Positions 38,691 to 48,291 of a stretch of 64,000 nt of DNA are shown here, piece by piece (the stretch's first letter is position 1; the number at the start of each line of letters is the position of its first letter). The notes under the pieces were generated by a model that was not told the origin of the DNA, made no database searches, and worked only from the letters and a program-made list of their open reading frames with translations. This DNA is from an uncultured Methylophilaceae bacterium (GTDB taxonomy: Bacteria; Pseudomonadota; Gammaproteobacteria; Burkholderiales; Methylophilaceae). The translations under genes and the position numbers were made by a program. The DNA lies in contig CAIPBJ010000093.1 in the NCBI GenBank assembly GCA_903863255.1, positions 60,654 to 124,653 of the forward strand. Direction: 5' to 3'.

Positions 38691-40328
38691 TCATTGATTG
38701 ATGATGCTACGGGCAACCGCCTCCGCAACTTTAATCCCATCTATTGCAGCAGACAAAATACCTCCAGCATATCCAGCTCCTTCACCGGTTGGATAAAGCC
38801 CTTTCGTGTTGATGCTCTCAAAACTCAAATCATCGCGTTTGATTCGAATCGGAGAGGAGGTCCTTGTCTCTACACCAGTCAAAAGTCCATCCGCAACATC
38901 AAAACCTTTTATTTGTTTTGCAAATTCAGGAATGGCCTCACGTATGGCAGTAATCGCGAATTCCGGTAAAGATGATTCCAGATTGGTTAGATTGACACCT
39001 GGTGTGTAGGAGGGTAGTACCTGACCAAAATTTACTGAGGTTTTGTTGGACAAAAAATCCCCAATAAGTTGGCCAGGAGCACTATAGTTACTTCCACCCA
39101 AAATAAAGGCGTGGGATTCTAAGTTGCGTTGAAGCAACATACCTGCTAAAGGATGGCCTGGATAGTCTTCCTCTGGAGTTATTCCAACGACAATACCAGC
39201 ATTTGCATTTCTTTCGTTTCTTGAATATTGGCTCATTCCATTTGTAACCACACGATTAGGTTCCGAAGCGGCAGCTACAACCGTTCCTCCAGGGCACATG
39301 CAGAAACTGTAAACACTTCTTCCATTCTTAGCGTGATGGACCAATTTGTAGTCGGCAGAACCAAGTTTCTTAACCACATCCTCAGAGTAGCTCTTGCCAT
39401 ATCTTGCTTTATCAATGAGAGATTGGGGGTGTTCAATCCTAAAACCGATGGAAAAGGGCTTCGATTCTATAAAGATTCCCCGTGAATGTATCCTTTCAAA
39501 TGTGTCTCTGGCGCTATGACCAATTGCGAGGATAAGATGATTGGTCTCAATATGCTCGCCACTTGAAAGAGTCACACCTTGAATTTGATCGTTTTCAATT
39601 TCAAAATCGTCTACCATGCAATTGAATCTTATCTCGCCTCCTAATTCAGTGATAGTTTGACGCATTTGCTCAACCATCCCGACAAGGCGAAAGGTTCCTA
39701 TATGAGGATGACTCACGTAAAGAATTTCTTCAGGTGCACCAGCCTTGACAAATTCGCTAAGTACTTTTCTACCGTAATGTTTGGGATCTTTGATTTGGCT
39801 GTAAAGTTTTCCATCAGAAAAAGTTCCAGCACCGCCTTCACCAAACTGGACATTCGATTGAGGATTCAAAATCCCTTTTCTCCAGAATCCCCAGGTATCC
39901 TTGGTTCTTTCGCGAACAGCTTTTCCTCTTTCTAAAACCAGTGGTTTAAAACCGGATTGCGCCAGGATAAGCCCGGCAAAAATACCTGCAGGCCCGAATC
40001 CAACAATGACTGGTCTTTTAAAAGATGACTTAGAAGTATAATTTGCAACAAACTTATAAGAAGTATCAGGTGATAAATTGACGTTCGGGTCATGTTTGAA
40101 TTTTGATAAGACTTTTTCTTCTTGCTTTACCATTACGTCTAATGTGTATACATAGATTATCGCTTGAGACTTTCGTGCATCTACACCCCTTTTAAAAATC
40201 TCAAATTGAATAAGATCGTTTTCATCGATAAGTAGCCTTTTTAAGATCGCATTTTTAATTTCGCTGTTTTGATGCGTTAATCCTTGGGCATTTTCTATAG
40301 GGAGTTTAATTTCTGAAATTCGAATCAT
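38691..40328 (-). CDS. NAD(FAD)-dependent oxidoreductase, COG2509-like, function unknown
   Basis: 545 aa with dinucleotide fold VIVGFGPAGIFAGLILAQSG and a C-terminal EGAGYAGGI motif. Confidence 0.75.
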   Translation of the reverse strand: MIRISEIKLPIENAQGLTHQNSEIKNAILKRLLIDENDLIQFEIFKRGVDARKSQAIIYVYTLDVMVKQEEKVLSKFKHDPNVNLSPDTSYKFVANYTSKSSFKRPVIVGFGPAGIFAGLILAQSGFKPLVLERGKAVRERTKDTWGFWRKGILNPQSNVQFGEGGAGTFSDGKLYSQIKDPKHYGRKVLSEFVKAGAPEEILYVSHPHIGTFRLVGMVEQMRQTITELGGEIRFNCMVDDFEIENDQIQGVTLSSGEHIETNHLILAIGHSARDTFERIHSRGIFIESKPFSIGFRIEHPQSLIDKARYGKSYSEDVVKKLGSADYKLVHHAKNGRSVYSFCMCPGGTVVAAASEPNRVVTNGMSQYSRNERNANAGIVVGITPEEDYPGHPLAGMLLQRNLESHAFILGGSNYSAPGQLIGDFLSNKTSVNFGQVLPSYTPGVNLTNLESSLPEFAITAIREAIPEFAKQIKGFDVADGLLTGVETRTSSPIRIKRDDLSFESINTKGLYPTGEGAGYAGGILSAAIDGIKVAEAVARSIINQ

Positions 40329-40347
40329 TTTGAATTAGTTAGATCAA

Positions 40348-40971
40348 TTAAATGTTCAAGGGTAATTGAAGCAGCTTGCGAAGCATAGGGACGTTAATAG
40401 GCTTCTTTTCCGTAAGTGACCAATCATCAAGGGCATCCAAAATTGCCATGAGTGTTGGCAGGTCTCTTCTTAAATGTTTAAGACAATAATCAATCACATC
40501 ATCAGGAAGTTTCATGCTGCGTTCCAATGCATGATTCTTTAAAGCAATAGCTTTCTCGGTATCAGTTAGTGGGTGGAGTTGGTATGTTAACCCCCAAGCA
40601 AGTCTGGTGGATAAATCTTCTCGAAGTCCCATTTGTGAGGGTGCGGCAATTCCAGAGGTGATTAGGACCGAATTGTTATCTCTCGTTTCGTTATAGAGGT
40701 TAAACAAATTTATTTGAGACTGTGAGTCCAGTAAATGGACATCGTCGATACAATGAAGCGAGACTCCTGGAACTTCAAATAAATCGCTGCATGCTTTAAG
40801 TAGGTGCGATTTTCCACTACCCGAAGGACCCCAGATATATACAAAGCGACTATTCTGGTTTCCTGTTATGGCCATTTGCAAACTATGCAAGGCCTCGGCA
40901 TTTTTACCTACGACAAAATTTGCAATGGTCGGTCGTGTTTTAGGTTTTATATCGAGTAGTAGCTGTTTCAT
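40348..40971 (-). CDS. hda: DnaA regulatory inactivator Hda
   Basis: Short DnaA-domain-III-like AAA+ protein with P-loop GPSGSGKSHLL. The adjacency to a perM-like gene divergent from purM is common in beta-proteobacteria as I recall it. Confidence 0.85.
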   Translation of the reverse strand: MKQLLLDIKPKTRPTIANFVVGKNAEALHSLQMAITGNQNSRFVYIWGPSGSGKSHLLKACSDLFEVPGVSLHCIDDVHLLDSQSQINLFNLYNETRDNNSVLITSGIAAPSQMGLREDLSTRLAWGLTYQLHPLTDTEKAIALKNHALERSMKLPDDVIDYCLKHLRRDLPTLMAILDALDDWSLTEKKPINVPMLRKLLQLPLNI

Positions 40972-40997
40972 TGGTTAAAGACCGATTTAGACCGGTT

Positions 40998-42077
40998 CTA
41001 CTTAAGATATAGATTGGTAGAAAAATAGTGCAACTTTGCATGCTTCAACCCAATAGCTGTTGCCGCACTGATTGGAAGTGCAAGTAGAAGCCCGACAAAT
41101 CCAAGGAGTTGGCTACACGCTAACAATGCGAATAAAACAATGACCGGATGAAGCCCTATACGATCGCCCACCAGCCAAGGTGTCAATATAAATCCTTCTA
41201 GTATCTGACCTATTCCAAAAGCAATCATTAGGGGAAGCATTTGATGAAGACTGCTGAACTGAAGTACACCAGCCAACAAGGACAAACAGATTCCAGTTCC
41301 AATTCCCAAATAGGGAACAAAACCAAGCAATCCTGTAATCATTCCGATTGGAAGAGCGAGATCCAAACCTGCAAGCCAAAGTGCTAGGCAATAATAGATG
41401 CTCATAAGGACCATTACTGACAATTGACCTCTTAAAAATTCTGAGAGAACCTGATTGATCTCAGAGGCGATTTTTGTCGTATTTTTTAAATAAGAGCGAG
41501 GAACAAGCGCTCTAATTTCATTTTCAAGGTAATGCCAATCTCTAAGTAAATAGAATAATACAACAGGGATTAAGAGTAGATTTGCGAGCCATGCAACAAC
41601 TGCAAGTCCGTGGCTACTTAAAGAAACCAGAAATTCGCCAACAAAATTGCTAGCAGATTTCCAATTGTCAGTCAGTAATTGCTGAATCTTCGGAGCATCA
41701 ATTTCAAGCGAGATCCCGAGATGGTTTACTAGCCAAGGTTCTAGGATGGATTTAGAAAGGATTACAAATTTAGGTAATCTTTCTGCTAAAAGCATTAGTT
41801 CGTTCTGGAGTAAGGGAGCAACAATGAGAAGCAATAGCAGGATAAATCCCAGCAGGAATGTCATCACTAGGATGCTGGCAGCTCCGCGACCAATTGAAAG
41901 TCTGCCAACTGATACCTTGCTCAATTTATCAACAAGAGGGCAACAAATATAGCTTAAGACCGCTGCGGTTAGAAATGGAGACAGTATGGGCGATATCAGA
42001 TAAACGAATACCAAAAAGGCAACCGTTAATAAAATTAAACGGTAATCAGGCACTAGGTTTTCTCGTTTGTTCGTCAT
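40998..42077 (-). CDS. AI-2E family transporter (PerM-like permease)
   Basis: 359 aa, about 8 TM segments, typical PerM/YhhT topology, adjacent to hda. Confidence 0.8.
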   Translation of the reverse strand: MTNKRENLVPDYRLILLTVAFLVFVYLISPILSPFLTAAVLSYICCPLVDKLSKVSVGRLSIGRGAASILVMTFLLGFILLLLLIVAPLLQNELMLLAERLPKFVILSKSILEPWLVNHLGISLEIDAPKIQQLLTDNWKSASNFVGEFLVSLSSHGLAVVAWLANLLLIPVVLFYLLRDWHYLENEIRALVPRSYLKNTTKIASEINQVLSEFLRGQLSVMVLMSIYYCLALWLAGLDLALPIGMITGLLGFVPYLGIGTGICLSLLAGVLQFSSLHQMLPLMIAFGIGQILEGFILTPWLVGDRIGLHPVIVLFALLACSQLLGFVGLLLALPISAATAIGLKHAKLHYFSTNLYLK

Positions 42078-42162
42078 TTAGGTTAAAATTATAGTATTAA
42101 ATCGTAATGCAGGCATTTATTTTACGAGCAACCTGATTATATTGCTGAAAGAGAGAATCTAC

Positions 42163-43224
42163 TTGAAATCAAATGACCCCGAACAAAAATCTTCAAAATC
42201 ATCGCTAAGTTATCGAGATGCTGGTGTGGACATTGAGGCTGGTGATGCCCTCGTAGAGAATATCAAGCCATTTGCTAAGCGGACGATGCGTCCTGAAGTT
42301 TTGGCAGGGATAGGTGGTTTTGGTTCATTGTTTGAACTTCCTAAAAAATACAAGAATCCGGTACTTGTCTCTGGTACGGACGGGGTTGGAACAAAGCTTA
42401 AACTAGCTTTTCAGCTTAACAAGCATGACACGGTAGGCATTGATCTTGTTGCCATGAGTGTTAATGACATCTTGGTTCAGGGCGCCGAACCGCTTTTCTT
42501 TCTAGACTATTTTGCCTGTGGAAAACTCGATGTTGGCGTGGCATCTGAAGTTATAAAGGGGATTTCCATTGGTTGCGAGCAGTCGGGTTGTGCCTTGGTA
42601 GGGGGTGAGACTGCAGAAATGCCAGGAATGTACCCAGATGGGGAATATGACCTGGCCGGGTTCGCCGTGGGTGCAATCGATAAGGATTCAATCATTACTG
42701 GGTCAACAATCTGTTCAGGAGATGTTGTTATTGGGCTTGCATCGAGTGGTGCCCATTCAAATGGATATTCATTGATTCGTAAACTGATTGATAAATCAGG
42801 GATCGATATGAATAGTGATTTTCATGGCAAACCATTTAAAGATGTTGTTATGGCGCCTACCCGAATATACGTAAAGCCACTTTTAAAGTTAATTTCGGTA
42901 ATGAAGGTTAAGGGAATGGCGCATATTACTGGTGGGGGTTTGACTGAAAACATCCCTAGAGTCCTTCCGAATGGACTTTTGGCGGAAATTAAAAAAGACA
43001 GTTGGGAAAAGCCCAGCTTGTTTACTTGGTTACAAGACCAGGGCAACGTGACGGACGACGAGATGTACCGTACTTTTAACTGCGGTATTGGAATGGTTGT
43101 TATCTTAAGCCAAACGGATGCGGATGAAGCACTGAAACTATTGAAAAGTGAGGGTGAGGAAGCGTTTATAATAGGTAAGATTCGAGCCAGACAATCAGAC
43201 GAGCATCCTACGATTGTTGCTTAA
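42163..43224 (+). CDS. purM: Phosphoribosylformylglycinamidine cyclo-ligase
   Basis: Has [26 protein letters not shown] and DYFA motifs. No in-frame ATG exists near the N-terminus. TTG at 42163 (GAGAGA 6 nt upstream) or TTG at 42142 is the start. Confidence 0.92.
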   Translation: MKSNDPEQKSSKSSLSYRDAGVDIEAGDALVENIKPFAKRTMRPEVLAGIGGFGSLFELPKKYKNPVLVSGTDGVGTKLKLAFQLNKHDTVGIDLVAMSVNDILVQGAEPLFFLDYFACGKLDVGVASEVIKGISIGCEQSGCALVGGETAEMPGMYPDGEYDLAGFAVGAIDKDSIITGSTICSGDVVIGLASSGAHSNGYSLIRKLIDKSGIDMNSDFHGKPFKDVVMAPTRIYVKPLLKLISVMKVKGMAHITGGGLTENIPRVLPNGLLAEIKKDSWEKPSLFTWLQDQGNVTDDEMYRTFNCGIGMVVILSQTDADEALKLLKSEGEEAFIIGKIRARQSDEHPTIVA

Positions 43225-43259
43225 CCGAGCCAAGGTTTAATCGGATAAAAATTTTGTTC

Positions 43260-43985
43260 ATGGAGATTCAATTGTTGAAGCATTTTTCAAAAGCGGCATA
43301 TTTGATTTTTATGGTTGCCATGGTTGCTCAGGCTACCAATGAGTCTTCAATGCCAAAGAAGATTCAATTAATCTACCAGGCGACACGAAATGGCCAACCT
43401 TTTGCGACTGTCACTGAGAATTATCAAGTAAATCAGGGGCATTACAAAATAGAAAGTATTACGGAAGGTCAAGGCGTGTTCGCGTTATTTGGTAAGCGAA
43501 TGCTCACAAGTGAGGGAACTGTTACAGATATGGGGTTGAGACCCGACAGATTCCAGTCAACACAAGGCGATAATCCACAGAAATCATTGACCAGTATTTT
43601 TGACTGGAAAGCAAAGACCTTGTCAATGTTGAACAAGGGTAAAACAGAGGTTGTCACACTCAAGCCCGCAACGCAGGATTTGAGCAGTTTTATGTATCAA
43701 TTTATGTATAAGCCACCGAATACTGACGAAGTAGTCATGGAAGTGACTACCGGAAAGAAACTTCGCGAATACCATTATAGGGTAATTGAAAAAGATATCG
43801 CTATCGACACGAATATTGGGTCATTTAAAACTTTGCATATTGGTAACACAGGTTCTGATAAAAATTCTGATGAGAAAGAGTTATGGCTAGCAAAGGATAA
43901 GAACTATCTGCCTGTAAAATTAAGAATTCAGGAAGAAAATGGTTCTGTGATTGAACAAATACTAACAGAAATGCATGTGGAATAG
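43260..43985 (+). CDS. DUF3108 domain protein (secreted)
   Basis: Signal peptide then a beta-rich domain with YQFMY and LWLAKDKNYLPVKLR motifs, shared with the next gene. Confidence 0.72.
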   Translation: MEIQLLKHFSKAAYLIFMVAMVAQATNESSMPKKIQLIYQATRNGQPFATVTENYQVNQGHYKIESITEGQGVFALFGKRMLTSEGTVTDMGLRPDRFQSTQGDNPQKSLTSIFDWKAKTLSMLNKGKTEVVTLKPATQDLSSFMYQFMYKPPNTDEVVMEVTTGKKLREYHYRVIEKDIAIDTNIGSFKTLHIGNTGSDKNSDEKELWLAKDKNYLPVKLRIQEENGSVIEQILTEMHVE

Positions 43986-45105
43986 GCCGCATAAAACGGT
44001 ATCCAATTTTCATGATTGGCATATAGCTGCAGCTCTAATCCTTTCACTTGTCCTACATTTAATATTTATTGAGGTTTTGAATAGTCGTTATTTCAATTTG
44101 ACTGAACATCAACATTATGAATTTGTTGCTGACCTTGCTCAGAAAAGTAAGAAGTTGGATTCTTCAAAAATAAATACCCCATTCAAGCAAAGTTCGAAAG
44201 TTAAGAAAATGCTATCCAATAGGCGCGTCCAGGCTATTGGGAAGCCGATTCAAGTACAAGGTCCAGTTGAAATTCAGGAACAGGATCTTTCTTTAACAGA
44301 GAATGTAGCACAAGCTGGGATAACAGAAAATGTTGAAAGTACCAAGAGTTCAGAGATTTCTGAGGCTAATGACGAACCCGAGAAGGACTTGGCTAATACC
44401 AAAACTTTGACTGATGCGAATTCTCAAGAAGATCGAATAGAAGATCCGCCGCAAGAAAAGGTTAAATTACCCAGTTTTATTGAGACAGAATACGAAGTGA
44501 ATATGGGAAAAGGTGGAAAAGTTGGAGCCGCAACAATAGTTTTCAAGGTGGATGGGCAGGATCATTACAGTTTAGTCAGTACAATGGAAGCAAAAGGTTT
44601 AGCCTCCATATTTTTATCAGGAAGATTGATTCAGTCAAGTAAGGGTCTGATTAATAAATCAGGGTTGCAACCTGAGGAATTTCTGTATCAAATGACGAGC
44701 AAGCCGGATAAAAACAGACAGGCAATTTTTGATTGGTCCAATTACAAATTGAAGATGACATTTGGTAAAGAGGAGCAAATTGTTGATCTACCGGAAGGGA
44801 CTCAGGATTTTCTAAGTTTCATGTACCAATTTATGTTTTCTCCACCCTTAAACCAAATGCAAATTACTTTTACCAATGGAAAAAAATTGCAATTACACGA
44901 ATATGCTTTCTCCGGTGAGGAAACCCTTCATCTTAAATTTGGTGACGTAAAGACATTTCATATTGATAAAACCAGTAGCGAGAGTGATGAGCGAACTGAA
45001 CTGTGGCTTGCAGAAGAATATCAAAACTTGCCAGTAAAAATACGTAAAACCGAAAAGGACGGTACAGTGTATGAACAAGTTGCAACAAGTGTCATGCACG
45101 ATTAA
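43975..45105 (+). CDS. Membrane-anchored DUF3108 domain protein with an acidic linker
   Basis: N-terminal TM (IAAALILSLVLHLIFIEVL), a linker of about 120 aa rich in polar and acidic residues, then a domain paralogous to the preceding gene (FLSFMYQFMF, LWLAEEYQNLPVKIRK). It overlaps the upstream gene by 11 nt. Confidence 0.7.
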   Translation: MWNRPHKTVSNFHDWHIAAALILSLVLHLIFIEVLNSRYFNLTEHQHYEFVADLAQKSKKLDSSKINTPFKQSSKVKKMLSNRRVQAIGKPIQVQGPVEIQEQDLSLTENVAQAGITENVESTKSSEISEANDEPEKDLANTKTLTDANSQEDRIEDPPQEKVKLPSFIETEYEVNMGKGGKVGAATIVFKVDGQDHYSLVSTMEAKGLASIFLSGRLIQSSKGLINKSGLQPEEFLYQMTSKPDKNRQAIFDWSNYKLKMTFGKEEQIVDLPEGTQDFLSFMYQFMFSPPLNQMQITFTNGKKLQLHEYAFSGEETLHLKFGDVKTFHIDKTSSESDERTELWLAEEYQNLPVKIRKTEKDGTVYEQVATSVMHD

Positions 45106-45111
45106 TTGAAT

Positions 45112-46401
45112 ATGAATTCTATGAACGCAAATCTTTTACGACTAGCTGGAATGGCCCTTTCAGAGGTTCTAAATTCGGATGGTCCGGCGGATGCTCAATT
45201 AAGTGCCTTTTTCAGAAACAAACGTGAATTAGGTACCAAGGAAAGAGCATTTGTAGCTGAGTCAGTCTATGGCGTATTAAGACGTTTGCGCATGCTTACT
45301 TATTATGCTGGTGAAGAAGATGCTCGAAAATTAATCGTAGCATGGTTAGTTAAGTTCCAAGGGATGAGCTTAAGGGATTTGGAAGCATGCCTGAATGCGC
45401 AACAGAAAGAGTGGATTCAGGAAATTAAATCAAAACCTGCCGATGGACTGAGCCTTGCCATGCAAGTGGATATGCCGGATTGGTTATGGGAAAAGTTGGT
45501 TTCCCAATATGGAGAGTCAGAAGCGCTAGCCATATCTAGAAGCATGCATTTGCCAGCAACCCTGGATTTACGTGTTAACACTGTAAAAGCCTCAAGAGAA
45601 GATGTCATAAAGAAATTTGAATCAGAGAACACCCAATTCAATAAAGGCGCCATCACTCCGACTCCATTTTCTCCAATAGGGCTGAGATTACCCCAAAGGA
45701 TGAGTATTAACAGACATGTATTATTTACAGAAGGTAAAATTGAAGTTCAAGATGAAGGAAGTCAGTTGTTATGTTTTCTCGTTGCACCCAAGCGTGGAGA
45801 AATGGTTGCAGATTTCTGTGCAGGCGCTGGAGGTAAGAGTTTAGGTATGGGTGCTCTTATGCGCAACACGGGTCGCCTATACGCATTTGATATATCTGAA
45901 AAGAGATTACATAATCTTGGTCAGCGCCTAAAGCGCTCAGGGTTATCAAATCTTCATGCTCAGGTAATCAGTAGTGAGAATGATCAAAAACTAAAGCGAT
46001 TAAATGAAAAATTTAATAGGGTTCTAGTTGACGCTCCATGCAGTGGACTAGGAACCTTGCGAAGAAATCCAGACCTTAAATGGCGTCAACAACCGCTGGA
46101 TATATCTGAACTCAGTAAGAAACAAAAATCAATTCTAGAAAAGGCCTCCAAATTAGTAAAATCTGGCGGACGATTGATTTATGCCACTTGCAGTTTGTTG
46201 TCGGATGAAAATGAAGAGATTGCTTCATATTTTTTAAGCAATCATCCCGAATTCCGACTGATCCCGGCTAATCAAATTCTTGCAAATCAACAGATAAATT
46301 TGGATACGGGTGATTTTCTTAGACTTTTTCCACATGTTCATCAAACGGATGGATTTTTTGCAGCAGTATTTGAACGGATGGAAACGAAAGAAACGGCATA
46401 A
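45112..46401 (+). CDS. Second RsmB/Sun-family RNA m5C methyltransferase
   Basis: SAM motif DFCAGAGGKS and catalytic Cys motifs DAPCSGLGTLRRNP and YATCS. ATG at 45112; the ORF-track start at 45106 is TTG. Confidence 0.85.
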   Translation: MNSMNANLLRLAGMALSEVLNSDGPADAQLSAFFRNKRELGTKERAFVAESVYGVLRRLRMLTYYAGEEDARKLIVAWLVKFQGMSLRDLEACLNAQQKEWIQEIKSKPADGLSLAMQVDMPDWLWEKLVSQYGESEALAISRSMHLPATLDLRVNTVKASREDVIKKFESENTQFNKGAITPTPFSPIGLRLPQRMSINRHVLFTEGKIEVQDEGSQLLCFLVAPKRGEMVADFCAGAGGKSLGMGALMRNTGRLYAFDISEKRLHNLGQRLKRSGLSNLHAQVISSENDQKLKRLNEKFNRVLVDAPCSGLGTLRRNPDLKWRQQPLDISELSKKQKSILEKASKLVKSGGRLIYATCSLLSDENEEIASYFLSNHPEFRLIPANQILANQQINLDTGDFLRLFPHVHQTDGFFAAVFERMETKETA

Positions 46402-46404
46402 GAT

Positions 46405-47628
46405 ATGTTGAGAATTTCACTGAATTCCCAGATTTTTTATGGGGCACTATTTGGAATTGCACTTGGGTTGTTCTTATCACAATTTGGATCAAATTATTCA
46501 GATGAGGGAATTTACGCTGCTGGAATAGTTGGCAATATATTCATTGACCTGCTTAAGTTGGTGCTTGTTCCGTTGGTCTTCACTTCCATAGTTGTTGGCA
46601 TCATAAATCTCCGTGAAATCAAGAAGATGCATTATGTCTGGGGATCGCTTCTGGCGTTCTCACTATTCACTTCAACATTATCCGTATTGATCGGAATCAG
46701 TGCTTCAAACATTTTTGGTCCTGGAAAAGGATTGCATATACAGGCGTTTGAAGCTGCGATGCAAGGATTTAATGCCATGCACATGAGTTTTCCAGATTTT
46801 TTCGAAAAATTCTTGAATGGTATCCTGATGAACCCAATTTTGGCCATGTCTCAGGGGAATGTATTGGCAATCGTATTTTTTGCGGTTTTTGTTGGTGTTG
46901 CGATTATTGCAAGTGGCGATAGATTCACTATGGTAACAACTTTCTTACAAGAACTCTTTGAACTAACGATGGTACTAGTAAATTGGGTTATGCGTTTGGC
47001 GCCAATTGGAGTGATGGCCCTATTAACTAAACTTGTTGCTACTGAAAGCGTTTCTCTTCTTGGGAGTCTAGCCAAATTTGTATTTATCGTTCTTGGAACC
47101 ACACTTTTTCACGGGATAGTCATCCTTCCACTTGTTCTATATTTAATCGTTGGCATTTCACCCATTAGATTCTGGTCAGGAGCACGATCTGCACTAATAA
47201 CCGCATTTTCAACTAGCTCAAGTTCTGCCACCATGCCGGTCACGATGCGATGTCTTGAAAAGGATCTTGGGGTCAGCAAAAATATCACTGGCTTTGTCGT
47301 ACCTTTAGGATCCCACCTGAATATGGACGGTACCGCATTATACGAAGCTGCTGCAGCTCTTTTTGTTTCAAATTTAGTTGGCGTGGAATTAAGTATCATT
47401 CAGCAGATAATGGTTTGCTTAACTGCCATGATTGTCTCCATTGGTGCTCCCGGCATCCCGAGTGCTGGTATGGTAACCATGGTTATGGTTTTGCAATCAG
47501 TTGGATTGCCCGCTGAAGCTGTCGCAATACTTCTCCCTGTGGATAGGCTTCTAGATACTGTAAGAACGGCTGTAAATGTTGAAGGTGACATGGTTGCCAG
47601 CCTAGTGGTACAAAAATTATCTCGATGA
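46405..47628 (+). CDS. Dicarboxylate/amino acid:cation symporter (DAACS family)
   Basis: Multi-TM protein with signature AFSTSSSSATMP and NMDGTALYE. Confidence 0.85.
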   Translation: MLRISLNSQIFYGALFGIALGLFLSQFGSNYSDEGIYAAGIVGNIFIDLLKLVLVPLVFTSIVVGIINLREIKKMHYVWGSLLAFSLFTSTLSVLIGISASNIFGPGKGLHIQAFEAAMQGFNAMHMSFPDFFEKFLNGILMNPILAMSQGNVLAIVFFAVFVGVAIIASGDRFTMVTTFLQELFELTMVLVNWVMRLAPIGVMALLTKLVATESVSLLGSLAKFVFIVLGTTLFHGIVILPLVLYLIVGISPIRFWSGARSALITAFSTSSSSATMPVTMRCLEKDLGVSKNITGFVVPLGSHLNMDGTALYEAAAALFVSNLVGVELSIIQQIMVCLTAMIVSIGAPGIPSAGMVTMVMVLQSVGLPAEAVAILLPVDRLLDTVRTAVNVEGDMVASLVVQKLSR

Positions 47629-47652
47629 CTAACTTAAAGTACTCTTTTTAAA

Positions 47653-48192
47653 TTAATCAACCAAAACTCTTTGCCAATCAAAGAACGGGCCAGGATCGGT
47701 CTTACGACCTGGAGAGATATCTGAATGACCAACAACATCTTTGATTGGATAGACTCTTTTTATTCCATGAATCAATCTATTTAGACATTCATATTGCTTA
47801 TCAGTAAAAGCATCGAAGTCTGAGCCTTCTAGCTCGATCCCAATGGAAAAGTCATTGCATCTGCTTTTGTTCTTCCATTGGGACTGACCGGCATGCCAGG
47901 CACGTTTGCAGCACGAAACAAATTGGATAAGTGAGCCATCACGTCGAATAAAGAAATGTGATGAAACTTTGAGGCCCTGAATCTTTTCGAAATACGGGTG
48001 ATCTTGCGGGTTAATATTGTTTGTAAATAATTCAATGACACCTGATCCGCCATAAGTTTGAGGGGGTAAGCTAATATTATGAATGACAACCATCGAAATA
48101 TCGTTAGGCTCCGGGCGCGCATCAAAATTTGGTGAAGTGACTTGAAAGGCCTCCAAGGCAATACCTTCATTATCAATTTGAATGAAATTCAT
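47653..48192 (-). CDS. ampD: 1,6-anhydro-N-acetylmuramyl-L-alanine amidase
   Basis: RAWHAGQSQWKNKSRCNDFSIGIELEG is nearly identical in pattern to E. coli AmpD. GHSDISPGRKTDPG is also present. Confidence 0.9.
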   Translation of the reverse strand: MNFIQIDNEGIALEAFQVTSPNFDARPEPNDISMVVIHNISLPPQTYGGSGVIELFTNNINPQDHPYFEKIQGLKVSSHFFIRRDGSLIQFVSCCKRAWHAGQSQWKNKSRCNDFSIGIELEGSDFDAFTDKQYECLNRLIHGIKRVYPIKDVVGHSDISPGRKTDPGPFFDWQRVLVD

Positions 48193-48291
48193 ATCTTGGT
48201 TTGAGTTATTCTATAAAATGACAAGTTGGTTTGCTTGGATCAATTTAAAAAACTATACAGTATTTTATCCTGGCAGGAAAAGGCGATAATT

